Shown: positions 1 through 12,695 of the stretch, piece by piece | Numbering within the stretch: position 1 is the stretch's first letter | Layout of the letters: every line of letters starts with the position of its first letter | NCBI GenBank assembly: GCA_002633005.1 | Contig: NMRA01000077.1 | Location: 744,001-808,000 of the forward strand | Direction of reading: 5' to 3' | DNA: 64,000 nucleotides | DNA from: Phoronis australis | Taxonomy: Eukaryota > Animalia > Phoronida | The notes under the pieces: generated by a model | What the model was told of the DNA's origin: nothing | What the model saw: the letters and a program-made list of their open reading frames with translations, nothing else | Databases searched by the model: none | Position numbers and translations under genes: made by a program

Positions 1-546
1 AAGCTACACTGACCAAACAGTTAACAAGAGTAAAAGTCTGCAACTTCAGTTTTTAAGTTGCATAAAATAAAAAAGAAATGATATTTAAAAAATCTATCAG
101 ACCGTTTGAGATCTTGTTTTGAGCATTTACAATAAATAAAACTTGGTCATGTTATAAACACTGTTGTTTTGCTATCCATGTACCTTTCCTTTTGTTCAAT
201 TTTACTAAAAAGACTTGGTTACATGAGCCAATTAATGACAGACTGATAAAAAGTCAAAAATCCAATTCTACATGTTCTCTGCTTTCATAAAATATTTATT
301 TTTACGGAGTTAAAAAAATTTCAACTTTGTAGACATTCGGCTAAATGCTTGTCAATAAAATCGAATTCTTATCAACTATTTATATCATATCATACTAATC
401 ATATAAATTTATGTAAAAATGGCTGATATGAATTCAAAAAAAATCTTTTATAATGAATTGTAATCAACCAAAACATATGATACAATGCAGCTACGATTTC
501 TGTCGCAACAAGGGCTTAAAAACGAGGAGAGGGAGAATTAACTCAC

Positions 547-804
547 CCGATCTTCATCGGCCACAATCGAGACATTTTTTAAGACCAGCTTCTCGATTTC
601 CGGGTTCAGTCCCTCAACGCTGTTGCGCGTGCGGACGATTCCTTTAGGAATGTGTGATCCAGGGATCTTAATGGGTCCTGAGCTGGCTACTACAGCAACT
701 TGGGACAGAGCCAAGTGGTTACCATGTACTGGGCTTTGGCGGAGCTTGCTAGACTCCTGCTGTTTGCTGCCCTCCTTTGCCCGGTTCATTCGCTGCTTAT
801 ACAG
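547..804 (-). CDS. GLCCI1: GLCCI1/FAM117-family protein, coding exon 4 (gene continues beyond window start)
   Basis: Acceptor gattttttgcag|, donor CGG|gtgagt, 258 nt. Encodes LYKQRMNRAK...RQSPVHGNH...RNSVEGLNPEIEKLVL, matching the family motifs RQSPLHGNH and SVEGLNQEIE. Confidence 0.92.
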
Positions 805-1745
805 CTGCAAAAAATCCCAGGTCAACAAAGGTCAAAGGTTAGGCAGTGAGGAAGGCAGTAAGCAATGAGTGTGATCACATATTAGTAATGGAAAGTTACT
901 TTATATTTTTGATGTGAGTTCCTGGTTGATATACATGTCAGTGATGACTGCTGTTTTAATTACTCAAATAAGTTAAGCATGTTCTGTGTACGTCAGTTTC
1001 ATGCACTACATTTCAATACGCAAGCTTACAGATTAACTGCATAAGGAACATGGTCCAAACTGTATGAAAACAATGGCACAGAAAACCGACATACACAAAA
1101 TAAGCCACTTCAGGAATGTGGCATGCATAATAAATTGGGCTAAGAACAAGAGAATATCAACAACAATATTCGTATTCTATTACTAGGTTAAACAACACTA
1201 AAAATGTTGGATAACTGACAACAATCAATGATGCAAGTGACTCGTGAGATACGACAGAAATCTTGATTTACAAAAAGAAATAACAAGAGCAACAGTATGC
1301 TTCTAGGGGTGTTTATTGGTAACAGAAAAATAGCCACCAGATGGCATAGAATACATCAATCCCACCCGAAAATGGGGAAGTGTCGCCATCTCGTCAACAG
1401 ACGAATTCAATGAAAATACGTCAATGTACTACAAAGTTACAGAGGCAAATGTAAAAAAAATAATAAATTGCCGCTAGGTAGCACAGCAGTATTCGGATCC
1501 ATCCAAAAGAAGCCGTCATCTGTTTTCACCTTAATAGGAATACATTTGCCAAATCTCATTAAGCTCCTGCAAAGGTTTAGGATTTATAGCAGAGTATATA
1601 CTGAATGGACACAGAGATGACCGCAACACATACACACACACACACGTATATGTGTGAGTGTATATTTACATATGTATGTGTATGTATGTGCGTGTGCATA
1701 TAAGTACTTAATATGCACAGTTTACTCCCACAGATCTGACATGGT

Positions 1746-1836
1746 TTTGCAAACATGTTCAGAGACCATCACTTTGCAAACATGTTCAGTGGCCACAACT
1801 TTGCAAACATGTTCAGTGGCCACCACTTTGCAAATG
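1746..1836 (+). repeat. 27-bp minisatellite, ~3.3 copies
   Basis: tttgcaaacatgttcagtggccacaac unit. Confidence 0.8.
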
Positions 1837-1975
1837 TACTGTGGCATGCTCTAGAACACATCCCAGTGAGACCCTATGTACATGAGCTAAACCTTGTGTG
1901 ATTTTGTCAACTGCCATGACACTGGCTTCATTAAATGCCTCTCCATGTAACCATGGTTACGCTATCTAACATTAC

Positions 1976-2107
1976 CTCCTTCAAGTTATCCGCATTACCC
2001 AAAGAAGCAGATCTCATGTGCTGCTGCTGTTGTTGTTGTTGCTGCTGCTGCTGCTGTTGTTGCTGCTGTTTCTTGCTCTTTGAATCCGGGATGAAATCCT
2101 CAGATGT
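1976..2107 (-). CDS. GLCCI1: GLCCI1/FAM117-family protein, coding exon 3 (contains Q16)
   Basis: Acceptor tttttattgcag|, donor GAG|gtaat, 132 nt, phase 0/0. Encodes TSEDFIPDSKSKK-Q16-HMRSASLGNADNLKE, matching GLCCI1 H-x-RSASWGSADQLKE. Confidence 0.9.
2021..2068 (-). repeat. CAG/CAA coding repeat (Q16)
   Basis: Plus strand (ctg)3(ttg)4(ctg)5(ttg)2(ctg)2 within GLCCI1 exon 3. Confidence 0.95.
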
Positions 2108-3885
2108 CTGCAATAAAAACAGGTAATATTAAAACCCGCATCAGCACTTTCATTTTGAAGCCATATCACAAGAGACACAAATATCAAAAAAGCGGAGGAG
2201 ACATCTAAGCTGCCATGAGTACCAACCCAACCTCCTATAGCTGAGTTCCAATTAAGTCAATATAATTTTTTGATAAGTCATTCACTGCAGTCTGAGTCGA
2301 GAAACAACCAGCACCACCAGGAGCATTGAAGAGCACGGGCAAAGGTGCAGGTGACACTGGTTTGAAGACAGACCATAACAATTATCCAAACCCTTCAACA
2401 AGCATAGCTGATAGACATTACTTTTGTCACAAAAAACAATAAACAGTAAGAACAGCTGCAAGGACAATGGGTCACAATCAAAGTCATCAACGAGTTTATT
2501 GGACATGCATGTACATTCGAAAACCTTTAAACACTTGTGAACAATAGTTAGATACTTTTTCAACCTGCCGAGGAATTTGGGAGCTTGAAAGAACATCTGT
2601 ACACGAAATGAGATCAATGGCTGCCTGATGGAGGACACATTGATTACACGAATAATTACAATCAGTAATTGACTGGATAAAACATAATTGCCTGCTGCAC
2701 ATTCCCCTCATTAATTATTACATCATTATGTCAGCCTACACAGAGACCAGATCTACTTATGAAATAAGATATGTCTGGTTAGACAATCTAGGTTAAGAGA
2801 AGAACAGTCTTAATATCCCCAATAACACAGTCAGACAGCATATGTATATAGAGCTGTATATGGACTACAACAGCAACTCCTAGTATCAGTTGCTGAAGTT
2901 CAAGGGCAGGATTCTGCATTCATGCAATTCAACCCCAAGAGCTCTTCCAATAGTGTTATTTGACTGCGTAAGCGAGATACCACCTCGGTTATTACATCAT
3001 TACAAAACAACATCCCGAATAAAATTCAGGATCAGTTTTGATGAAGACATATAAGATACCGGTAAAACTGCATTTTACTAGATATTTTACTAACCCAGAT
3101 AGAGAGTGAATGTTTGCCAGTGTACAGCCATTTTTTACATGAGAAGCAATTGTCATGGCACGAGTTATCACGTCACCAGTTGCATTTACACATTAGATCA
3201 CAAACTAGATCAGCATAAGTCATTTTTGTGTAGAGACTGCACATGCTTGCACAAAAGCAAACGTCCAAACCACGTGGAATGCCAGCGGATCACCCGTACA
3301 CATGCTATTACGTCTAAGAGACGAACCATTCTGTCTTGTCTTAGTTTGCGTTTAGATGTGTAGTTGACACTGCAGTTGACTGCAACATCCTCCACTTCTC
3401 AAACCGGTGTCAAAAACGGCCACCAGGAGTCAGTTTGCTCCATGTCAGTCGTATTTACACAAACTTACACTCGATCAACTGTTTCATGTCAACTGCATCT
3501 TGTGTAAATGCAACATTTCACCGTTCTCAATGTCATTTTAGTCCCGAAGGGTTCTCCCGTGATATGTGAAATGGGTATGGTTTCAACAATTTAGGTATTG
3601 AAATGCATCACTTTTTGAATCAGGTATTGAAATGGGTAGATTTTGTAGATTCCTAAGTATTGAAATGGGATTACCTTTTACCTCAAGGAGCCACACTTGT
3701 AACCATATTTTTCAGAAGAACCTTGGATTTTAGTTCTTCAATTCTGGCCAAAGGAATAGCACAAGGCATGGGAAAATATTGAGGTCTGAGGATATTTTCC
3801 AAAAAGATGAAAGCCTACAGCTAAAACAAAAGTACCATTGACTGTAAAACCCACGCTGACAGTGTAAAGCTTTCTGATCAATAGA

Positions 3886-4221
3886 GAGTGAAGTGCAGTA
3901 TGAGAGAAGAGACAAATGATTGAGTGAAGTGCAGCATCAGAGAAGAGAGAAATGATTGAGTGAGGTGCAGTATGAGAGAAGAGAGAAATGATTGAGTGAA
4001 GTGCAGTATCAGAGAAGAGAGAAATGATTGAGTGAAGTGCAGTATCAGAGAAGAGACAAATGATTGAGTGAGGTGCAGTATCAGAGAAGAGAGAAATGAT
4101 TGAGTGAGGTGCAGTATCAGAGAAGAGACAAATGATTGAGTGAAGTGCAGTATCAGAGAAGAGAGAAATGATTGAGTGAGGTGCAGTATCAGAGAAGAGA
4201 CAAATGATTGAGTGAAGTGCA
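3886..4221 (+). repeat. 36-bp minisatellite, ~9 copies
   Basis: gagtga(a/g)gtgcagtatcagagaagaga(g/c)aaatgatt in tandem. Confidence 0.95.
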
Positions 4222-6694
4222 TTTTGAATTCACTAAGTCATATGCAGAAGCTGACACATGTCCGTGCAATCTTGTCTGAGCATTGTTTACATTCACTGCT
4301 TTAAAGTCAATTAATTATACGTTGTTAACTTGCACAACTTTTTAAAGTTGCCCCCCCACAGCGAAATGGAAGGTCTAAAACAACACTTTCATTCCTCAAG
4401 TCCCTGTTCGTTTGCACCTGAGAACGATGCCCACCCAAGATGAAACTCCCCCCCAAAGTTCCCGATACATCCATACCTAGCCTTCTTGTGGCAGAATACC
4501 CTTGAAAAGCAATTAGCAGAATTCCTCATAAGTAACATGTCATTGGATTTTTCGTCATGGGAATACGAGACTCAAAACTGACAAGGTGACAGTACTAGTC
4601 GTACTAGCATTGCATGCATTCAGGTGGTCACAAGGAAACCTCAGCTTACTGATGCCTTATGCTGACGAATTGCTTTCTGCTCACAATATATTCACATGTT
4701 AAAAGATGGACCTTTATTCATATCAATATATCCACTGACCCAAGCACCACAATATTCAAATTAAATGAGTAGAATCAAAAAACTTAAAATTATGATTTCA
4801 GAAGTCACACATAGGTGGAGTTGGCCAGGGGGGGACAGTTATGATCAAGTACAAGTTTTATGTGCTCATACATTACTTATAAAGCACAGAAAAGTCCCTT
4901 TAAAGCGCTTACAATCACCAATTTCATATCAAAAACACTAAAAAACAACCCCACCAGCTGTCAAATTAGAACACCCACAAAAACTATCTGACAATATGTG
5001 AACTAGTTCATCTCGAATTACAGAAATTTATAAGTGAATACATACTACAACCAATTATAGTATTGGTCAACCTATACAGTGTTCAGCATGTAAAGTAGTC
5101 GGATATTGTTGCTCATTTTCCCGTTGTTTATGGTAAGAATGGTGAGGCATTGCATTTGTGGTGATTGTGAAAGCAAGCTCCATATGCTGGCCTGGAGTTA
5201 CTCTTAACTTCCCACATGATGCGACAAGTGCCACGCGACAAATTTACACGTGGCCACAACTGCAAGGCACAGGTTTTCTGCATGGGTGTAGAAAAAAAAT
5301 ATCCAGGAAGAAGGAAACTGACAGCATTAAGATCTCAACGCGAACTTATGCAAATGCAACACAGACTTATCCCGCCCACTGCCGTGTGGTGATTAAGCAC
5401 GACCGAGGCTGCGCTGTGAGTGGCTACATAAAAACAACATAGTGAACTGGTGCGCACACACGTAATCTCAACCAAGGACAGAGTGAATCACCAGCTTGTT
5501 ACTAACATGCGAGTGACCGATAATGCCAAAAACACAAAATAACCCTACTTTCGCAATACATAATAAACTAAAGAGAAGAACAAAGTACCACCAGGCATGG
5601 TTATGGCAAATTTGGAGAAAATGCTCATTAATTAAGTTGCAATCTACAGTTATAACTATGGACGTGTTCTTTTAGACAAGATTCTACCCGCAACCTGACA
5701 TTACGATCACAAACCTATTGAACTTGTAAAGGTGTGTAGTTGGTGTTGACTGAGAGGACATACAGCCCTGTTTAAAACATTGAACTGTTAGGCTTGCAAG
5801 TACTGTATATTTGTAAACTGCAGACCTCATAACTAACAGTTGATGCAATACAAGAGATAAATTTAGCAACAGGACTAAGACCTAACCAGCTATGCTGTGA
5901 AGTTTCCAGCTGAAAGAATGACATCCACTGCAAAGTGAAAACGGGCCAATTGATTTTTCAAAATGATCAAAAATTAAATTTTCTCCTGAAACAGGGGCAA
6001 AACAAGTGATAGAAAACACGGGTATGAAATGCGTGACAGAAACAAATTGCCATTAGAAAGCACTGCGGGAGTCGAATCTGTCCATCTGCTGTCAAGTTAC
6101 AGTAACAGGAGTACACTTGCTGCATTTCAATAAGATCTTGCAAGGGGTTTAGGAGAAACAGCCGCACCACAGTACTTGGACTCGTCCGCAAATCAAGGTC
6201 AGCTGCGTTCTTCACATCAGGTACACATCTGCCATTTTTCAAAATGATCCCTTGAGCACCTTGGTAGATACAGAAGCAGACGGCAAAAAAATTTAAAATG
6301 GCCACTATGTGGCGTAGAATACATCGAATTCATCCTAAAAGGGAAAGGTGCTGCCATCTTCATAGTAGAAACTTGTTTGCCAAATTTCATGAAAAACATC
6401 AAAAAACTTGGAAGATACAAAGGCAAATGCAAAAACTAAAATTGATGCTAGGGAGCACAGCGGCAGTCACAGTCGTCCAAAAAGTGGACAAAAAAGACAA
6501 AATCACCACTTGGGGGTACAGCAGTTGTCAGAGCCGTCCAAAAATTGATATCCAAAATCAATGTCAGTCATGGTCTTCTCATCAAGTTTCAAAATGATCC
6601 TTTGAGCGGCTTGGCGGATAAAGAGGTATTTGCCACTGGGAGCAAAGAATATGCTGCATCTTTGAAAAAGGAAAAAGCATTTTTGCCTCCTTAA

Positions 6695-7330
6695 AGAAGG
6701 TAACCTCTTTTCATGTCATTTCTAGAAAAAATAAGGTTCATTGATTATCCCAGACATATGTTTCATTTAATTACAGCTTCCCGTAAATTTATCAGCCATG
6801 CCCTATTCCGGAAGTGACATTTAGGGGGTCAAGAATTTCCCGCCATTTTGTTTCTGCGTTTGAGTTACTGTGAGGATGTGATCCATCGTTGTTTTCGTGC
6901 TGGTTTCCTAAAATTGTCCTCACCACTTCTTGTGGGTATTCTACAACATAGGTTGTTAGAGAACTCAATTACGTTGGATTTAGAGATTGTTTAGTTTGTA
7001 ACAGCCTGGAAAAAACTGGAGTCGCCAACCCATGTGACAGGCACAGTGACGGAGACATTGTTCATAGCAGTGGTAATGAGGAATTTTTTCGCGAACAGTC
7101 AGTGGATGGATATATGTTTGAGACCTAGTAGTGAGGCCGAATACGCACAGACAGCTATGAGAGAGATGAGGCAGAGACTGAGGACAGACGTGGTGCGACG
7201 TCCTGGTGCAAATCCATGGTGTGCACTGTTATGCCGACCTCAATGGAATGCCTATGCTGTTGTTTACTGAAAAATATGTCTGGAATAATCAATGAACCGT
7301 ATTTTTACTAAAAACGACATGGAAAAGGTA
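6695..7330. mobile_element. Degraded, internally deleted copy of the same Kolobok family
   Basis: TTAA (6691) followed by AGAAGGTAACCTCTTTTCATGTCATTTCTAG...TTCCGGAAGTGAC is homologous to the TIR at 50965. The interior is homologous to the reverse complement of 52161-52490. A partial opposite TIR lies at 7270-7330. Confidence 0.8.
7015..7262 (+). pseudogene. KolX/P2X7-C-terminal-like Cys-rich pseudogene
   Basis: GVANPCDRHSDGDIVHSSGNEEFFREQSVDGYMFET** then, after frameshifts, EDRRGATSWCKSMVCTVMPTSMECLCC (Cys cluster at 7204-7260). Confidence 0.72.
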
Positions 7331-8269
7331 GGTAAAATAGTCATTTGGGGGGAGGGGGGGAGACGTAGCAACACTAGTCTGAAATTAGGTCATAATTCAT
7401 TGTCATTCCAATAAGAACAAACCTGACAAATTTCACAAAGATCCTGCAAAGGGTGCCAAAAATTACCACTAGGGGGTGCCAGAGTAGTCAAACCTGTCTG
7501 AAAATCAACGTTAGCTGCGATCTTCTCATCAAAACATATCTGCTTATTTTCAGGATGCTTAGAGCAGTTTGGAAGAGAGGCAGACGTCAAAACCGTACTA
7601 AAAAATTTTCAACAGGCAGAAGGTGGTGTAGAATAGGTCAAATCTATCCAAAAATGGGAAGGAGACGTCATCTCCTTCATAGAAACCTATTTGACAAATT
7701 TCATGAAAATGATGAAAACCCGTGAAGAAACTCCGAAGCTTCAGCGACAAACTTAAAAAACCTTCAATTACCACTAACGAGCAGAGCAGTAATCGGATGG
7801 GTCTGAAACTCATGGTAATGTGTTGCACGGTTCATCTGCCAAATCACATTAAGACCCTGCAATGGGTTTGGGAGATACATCAGTGGACAGCCACTGGACC
7901 CCAAAACAGCGATGACCGGAATATGCAACCACAATACATATATGTGGGTGCTTAAAAAGCAGCAAAATGGCATCCACTGCATATACCACAGACAATTTCA
8001 TGTAAAATGTCTTCCATCACTGTATTTAATTTATGTCATTATAGCTTTGCAGGGCCCCTGACATAATGTGCAGCTGTTCAAAGTATGTACAATTCAAATG
8101 TAGAGTCCAGACACAGTAGCACTTCAAAGGAGTGTTTAATAATGTCACACCAAGTGCCCACTGCCACACACAACATGAAGACAGAAATTCTAGCTAGCAC
8201 ACATATTATAGCAGGCCAAAAATCAATTGCAATGGCAAAAAAATCAATCAAAGAAACACAGAAAAATCA

Positions 8270-8329
8270 GGAGCCCCAACTGGGAATCGAACCACTGATC
8301 TCTAGATTGCAGGTCTAGTGCTCTTACCA
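8270..8329 (-). pseudogene. 5'-truncated tRNA-like sequence (probable SINE head)
   Basis: Minus strand TGGTAAGAGCA-CTAGA-CCTGCAA-TCTAG-AGATC-AGTGGTTCGATTCCCAG-TTGGGGCTC shows a D-loop remnant, anticodon stem and B-box. The 5' acceptor strand is missing. Confidence 0.6.
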
Positions 8330-9917
8330 AAAAATCAAGTTTCCCTTCTCGACGTTTACAGAATATATTTTAAAGGTAACAATGTGCAATATCCGACAGA
8401 AATTTATGTTTTACGAAAAACAGTAAAAATTATGAACAGAAAATAATTCTGCAATATTAAATCGTTTGAAATGATTGCACTTGAAAAATCAAAACATGCC
8501 TGGCATAAGCGAATGATGTCAAATACATAATTATGTTAGTGACATATATTTTCCATGCCTAAATACACCATCTACAATTATGACTTTATCAACTACGCTG
8601 TTTACTCCAACAGTTCTTGCACTTATGTACGGACTATTTTTCCCTTTAGAGCTTCGTGTTCCAATTAATAAGAGACAAAACTGGCCGTATGAACTATAGA
8701 GGAAAGTCAAATGTTAGAATTACTAGAGATAGATATCCATGATAACACAGAGTGCGACCAGGACCTCTCAGACTGTGGTTTGGTGATGTCCATTACATTA
8801 CAAGGAGTAACAAATTAATGTCCTGAGTGATAGTACTTGAATGCTTTGTCACTTTATTTTCTTCCCATGTTCACAAACTTCAAAAACCACGTCTTCTTCA
8901 GTACCTCTGCTTTCACTGAAGCTGTCAGCCGCACTGAGTTTCGGACTGCAGTAAACAAGACCTAAGTCATGTATTTGAAAAAATCAGGCCAGAGAAATGT
9001 GACAGTGGTTTTGCCAACCCTCTCAAATCAATTTAGGTAGGAAGCTTTCTAATCTTGAATAACTCCCATAACTCACAATAATGCGTCCACATATAAATAT
9101 GTGGGCGCACAAAAAGCTGTCAGATTGTCCCTTGTCTGATGAAATCCCCCCATGAGGGACTAGACAATAAGTGTAGAAAGACAGGTGGAAATCAAGGTGG
9201 ACACAGGAGATAAGGTCAACTGACTACGGCCTACTTAACACGTGAAGAAGACTTTTGCAGTTGGAAAACCTAACAAAGAAAGCCTGTTGCTAGACGTATA
9301 GAACAGTCCCAAATAGTGACTCTACTAAGTCGCCTAAATCTACATGTATTTGTGGTCTTACAAAAACACTGATATCCTTTCATATGCAGTTTTAGTTTCA
9401 TTACCGCGTCAATTTTTGGGCTTTGATCGAAATTTAGAGTGAATTGTACTTGAATTCTCGATATTATTGAAAACAAGTAGTCCAGATGCAATTCCCCTAA
9501 CATAAGGAGTAAGGCCATATTCATTTTCATTGAACTAAGGGCTGTTAAGTATATTAACTGAAAATCTCATTGGTCAACTAGGAGCTCATAATAAAGACAA
9601 AATAATAGAAAGACATAACACTTGTGAGTAAGCAATTACACAAATATGTAAAGGACGTGGGTAACTTAGGTGGAGTCCTATTTGTGACTACTTCATGTAA
9701 CTGGACACAGGGTCATCCAGAACAAACATTCAAACATTGGTCTAAGCCATGTTTCTTAAAAAGTTCTGAATCATGTGTAAAAAGCTCAGAGCAGCATCAA
9801 AAAGATCTGAGTAATGGTCAAAAATAAGGACCAGCAATCTCTTTCCTCAAATAAAAACTTGGATTTAGTTTGGTTCTTGAGCCATCACTGAAATACTTTC
9901 AGCATTTTATGCCACAC

Positions 9918-10171
9918 AATGTTTTCACAGATAAACATATTGTATAATGATGCTTGATAAATGTTTTCACAGATAAACATATTGTATAATGATGCTTGCT
10001 AAATGTTTTCACAGATAAACATATTGTATAATGATGCTTGATAAATGTTTTCACAGATAAACATATTGTATAATGATGCTTGATAAATGTTTTCACAGAT
10101 AAACATATTGTATAATGATGCTTGCTAAATGTTTTCATAGATAAACATATTGTATAATGATGCTTGATAAA
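9918..10171 (+). repeat. 42-bp minisatellite, ~6 copies
   Basis: aatgttttcacagataaacatattgtataatgatgcttg(a/c)ta in tandem. Confidence 0.95.
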
Positions 10172-11599
10172 TCACTGAAAATTCTGTAGAGAATAAGTAT
10201 TTTAAATATAATGGCAAAAAATTAAATATAATAGTTAAATTACATAACTAAATTGAATATCTAAAAAAAATTATCTAGATATAACACGAAAGACAAGGGC
10301 GACTTCTATTGGAGGGAAGGACTTTTCTAATGACGCAACATTTACTCCAGTAATTTAACATTTGCTTCATAAAGACCAAGAATTTGTTTTAAAATTAGGG
10401 ACAGACATTGTAACATTTCAATGTTGGGGAAAAATATTATTTTTAAAGACCCCTTCAGCACCATGTTTTGGTTCTTAAATGTTACCATGGATTGGATGAA
10501 GTTTGTAGATCGTTCCAAGAGAAAGATTTACTGATGATAATATGGCACATGCCACAATAAACAGGAGAAATTTTCAACTTCACAAAGGAATTTATAACCT
10601 CAAACAAAAGAGAGCTGACAATTGAATGGTGACAAATTGGAAAAGGTAAATTGCACTGGACAGGGGAAACAATGGCCAAGTAACAGTAACCTACTGGCCA
10701 AGGCAGGTGGAGAAACAATATACCTGGTAAAACGAGATAACACCTTGACGGGAGATAAATGGACACTGGCAATAACTAATGCACTTAAAGTCGGCCAATT
10801 CATCATGCTTTTAGTACACAAGGTAGACAGCTTTGGTCAACACAAGGCTGCCATTTACTCCAAGATTGTTTAACGACCCACAATTAAAATGGTCACTAAT
10901 GCCTTCTACAGGTATACTACCTCATTAACAACCTCTCACCAATGTCATAATGTACATCCAAATGATGTTATTTTAAACTCTGTCTATTCTGAAACTTTCA
11001 CCCATTATCAACATTGGGTTTCAATCCAAAACAATGAATGAAATATAATCTAAGTAATGAATGGAATACAACCTTAATAGTGATTGCACTAGAGTGATAA
11101 GCACTTTATAAAAAAAGGAACTTGTCTGTTCTGTGGCTCCCAACAAATGTTTTGAGAAATTCATTCCCAGATATCCTGAGAAATGACAAACGATAGGGAC
11201 AACCTATAGGGACAACCTATAGGGACACCCTATGGTCTAAACATCTATTATAATGGCCTCATTTTCAACATACATTTGACACAAAATTCGAATTGTGGCA
11301 GATTATATAATTTCGTTGGATCCCCACGGCAGTCTAATTACCTTGGGCGCAGGATATCAGGGTTTATCAACACACACACCTGGCCATGTTATTGGCAAAT
11401 TGAACCTAGTTCCCAATAATAAAAAAATATTAACGACAAGAGTGGATACCAACAAGAGTGGATACCGAACTGCGCTGATATAGCGAACACGAAAAGCCAC
11501 ATATCATTCTGGGGGATCTCCTATTGGAGGAGTTAGTGGGGGGGTTAAAATAGTTGTTGTATTGTCTCAGGTAGGATTTTTCATCATCTATCAAAACAC

Positions 11600-12695
11600 T
11601 AAAACGAGGCCAGGATGTTGGCTTCAAGTCTGTCAGACAAAAACAACTCAAAAGCGGCCGTGCGGACACCCGCCCCCACCAGACGCCTCCTTCCCTTAAG
11701 CTCCTGTGATGGAAAAGTGCCGGTAGCTGTAAAACCCGTTTTTTTTCTTTGTCTTACCGAGTCGTGGCTTCAGTCCGTCAATCTCGATCCAGCGAAGGCA
11801 TTTTTTTTCGATGCCAAATGCTATGCAGGGGTATTCATCCACTGCCTGCGTTTACCACTTACATCTACTAGATTGCGTGTTCAATATCCAGCGGCAAAAG
11901 AAATCGAAGGAACAGTGAAATTTGAATCCAAACTGCAAAAATGTGATGATCGTCTACTATCTATGACCATAATCTTCCAGAGCAGGACTGATTCCACACC
12001 AGGACTCGCGTAACAAATGCGGAAATGAATGATTTAAACGGGTAAACACAAAACTTTTGGGCTAGTATGAAGACAAAGCCGGGCCAGGAAAACCTTGGTG
12101 TGACAGTGCATGGGCCTTGGATCACTTTTTGCAAAAATGGACAAAAAGTGGACCTATCTGAGGCACTGCACTGAAGACTGGAATAATGGTTGAGATCTTG
12201 GCCACTTACCTCAAATCAGAAAGTACTTTTGACCGGAAGAATAAGCAAGGATCTCGCAGAGTCCAGTCATAGTGGCTTCACAGTATGTGAATAGATGCGA
12301 CTGCAGTACACGAAGTACTCGTACGCAGTGGCGAACGGGTATGCGTAAAATGCCGAGGCCACGCATTCGTTTATGAGTCGCATTTCCGAAAATTATTCAA
12401 TGTTTACATCGTTTCTTCGATTTCTCTTGTCGACTAATATTGAGCAAGCAACATAGTAAGGGTTAACAGCATCACACAGGCGGCAGACAAATACCAACAA
12501 AAAGTATTTGGCTTTGAGAAAGAAGTGCACTCGCCGGATCGCCATGACTCTGGATTTTGTGGCTGCAAAACACCACGCTTTTCCATTGCAGGAACCAAAG
12601 AGAAGAGGCATCTGGTGGGGGCAGGTGTCCACGCGGCCGTTTTTGAGTTGTTTTTGTCTGACGGACTCAAAGGCAACATCTGGGCACTTTTTTAG
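11600..12695. mobile_element. Non-autonomous DNA element with long degenerate TIRs (~320 bp)
   Basis: 11610-11730 is the inverted match of 12575-12685 (gtcagacaaaaacaactcaaaa.cggccg..ggacacc.gcccccaccaga). Weaker inverted similarity continues at 11865-11930 vs 12395-12460. Confidence 0.7.

Noticed and set aside
1935-2126. Plus-strand poly-Cys ORF
   Set aside because: Antisense shadow of the GLCCI1 polyQ exon.
3878-4222. 114-aa ORF of ILHFTQSFLSSL repeats; superficially CRISPR-like periodicity
   Set aside because: Pure 36-bp tandem minisatellite with no unique spacers. The ORF is a by-product of a unit length divisible by 3, and there are no cas genes in this eukaryotic context.
8370-8420. 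TTAAAGGTAACAATGTGCAAT Kolobok-like end
   Set aside because: No partner TIR was located, so the boundaries cannot be defined.
9899-10138. KTFIKHHYTICLSV repeat ORF
   Set aside because: 42-bp minisatellite with no splice signals or domain similarity.
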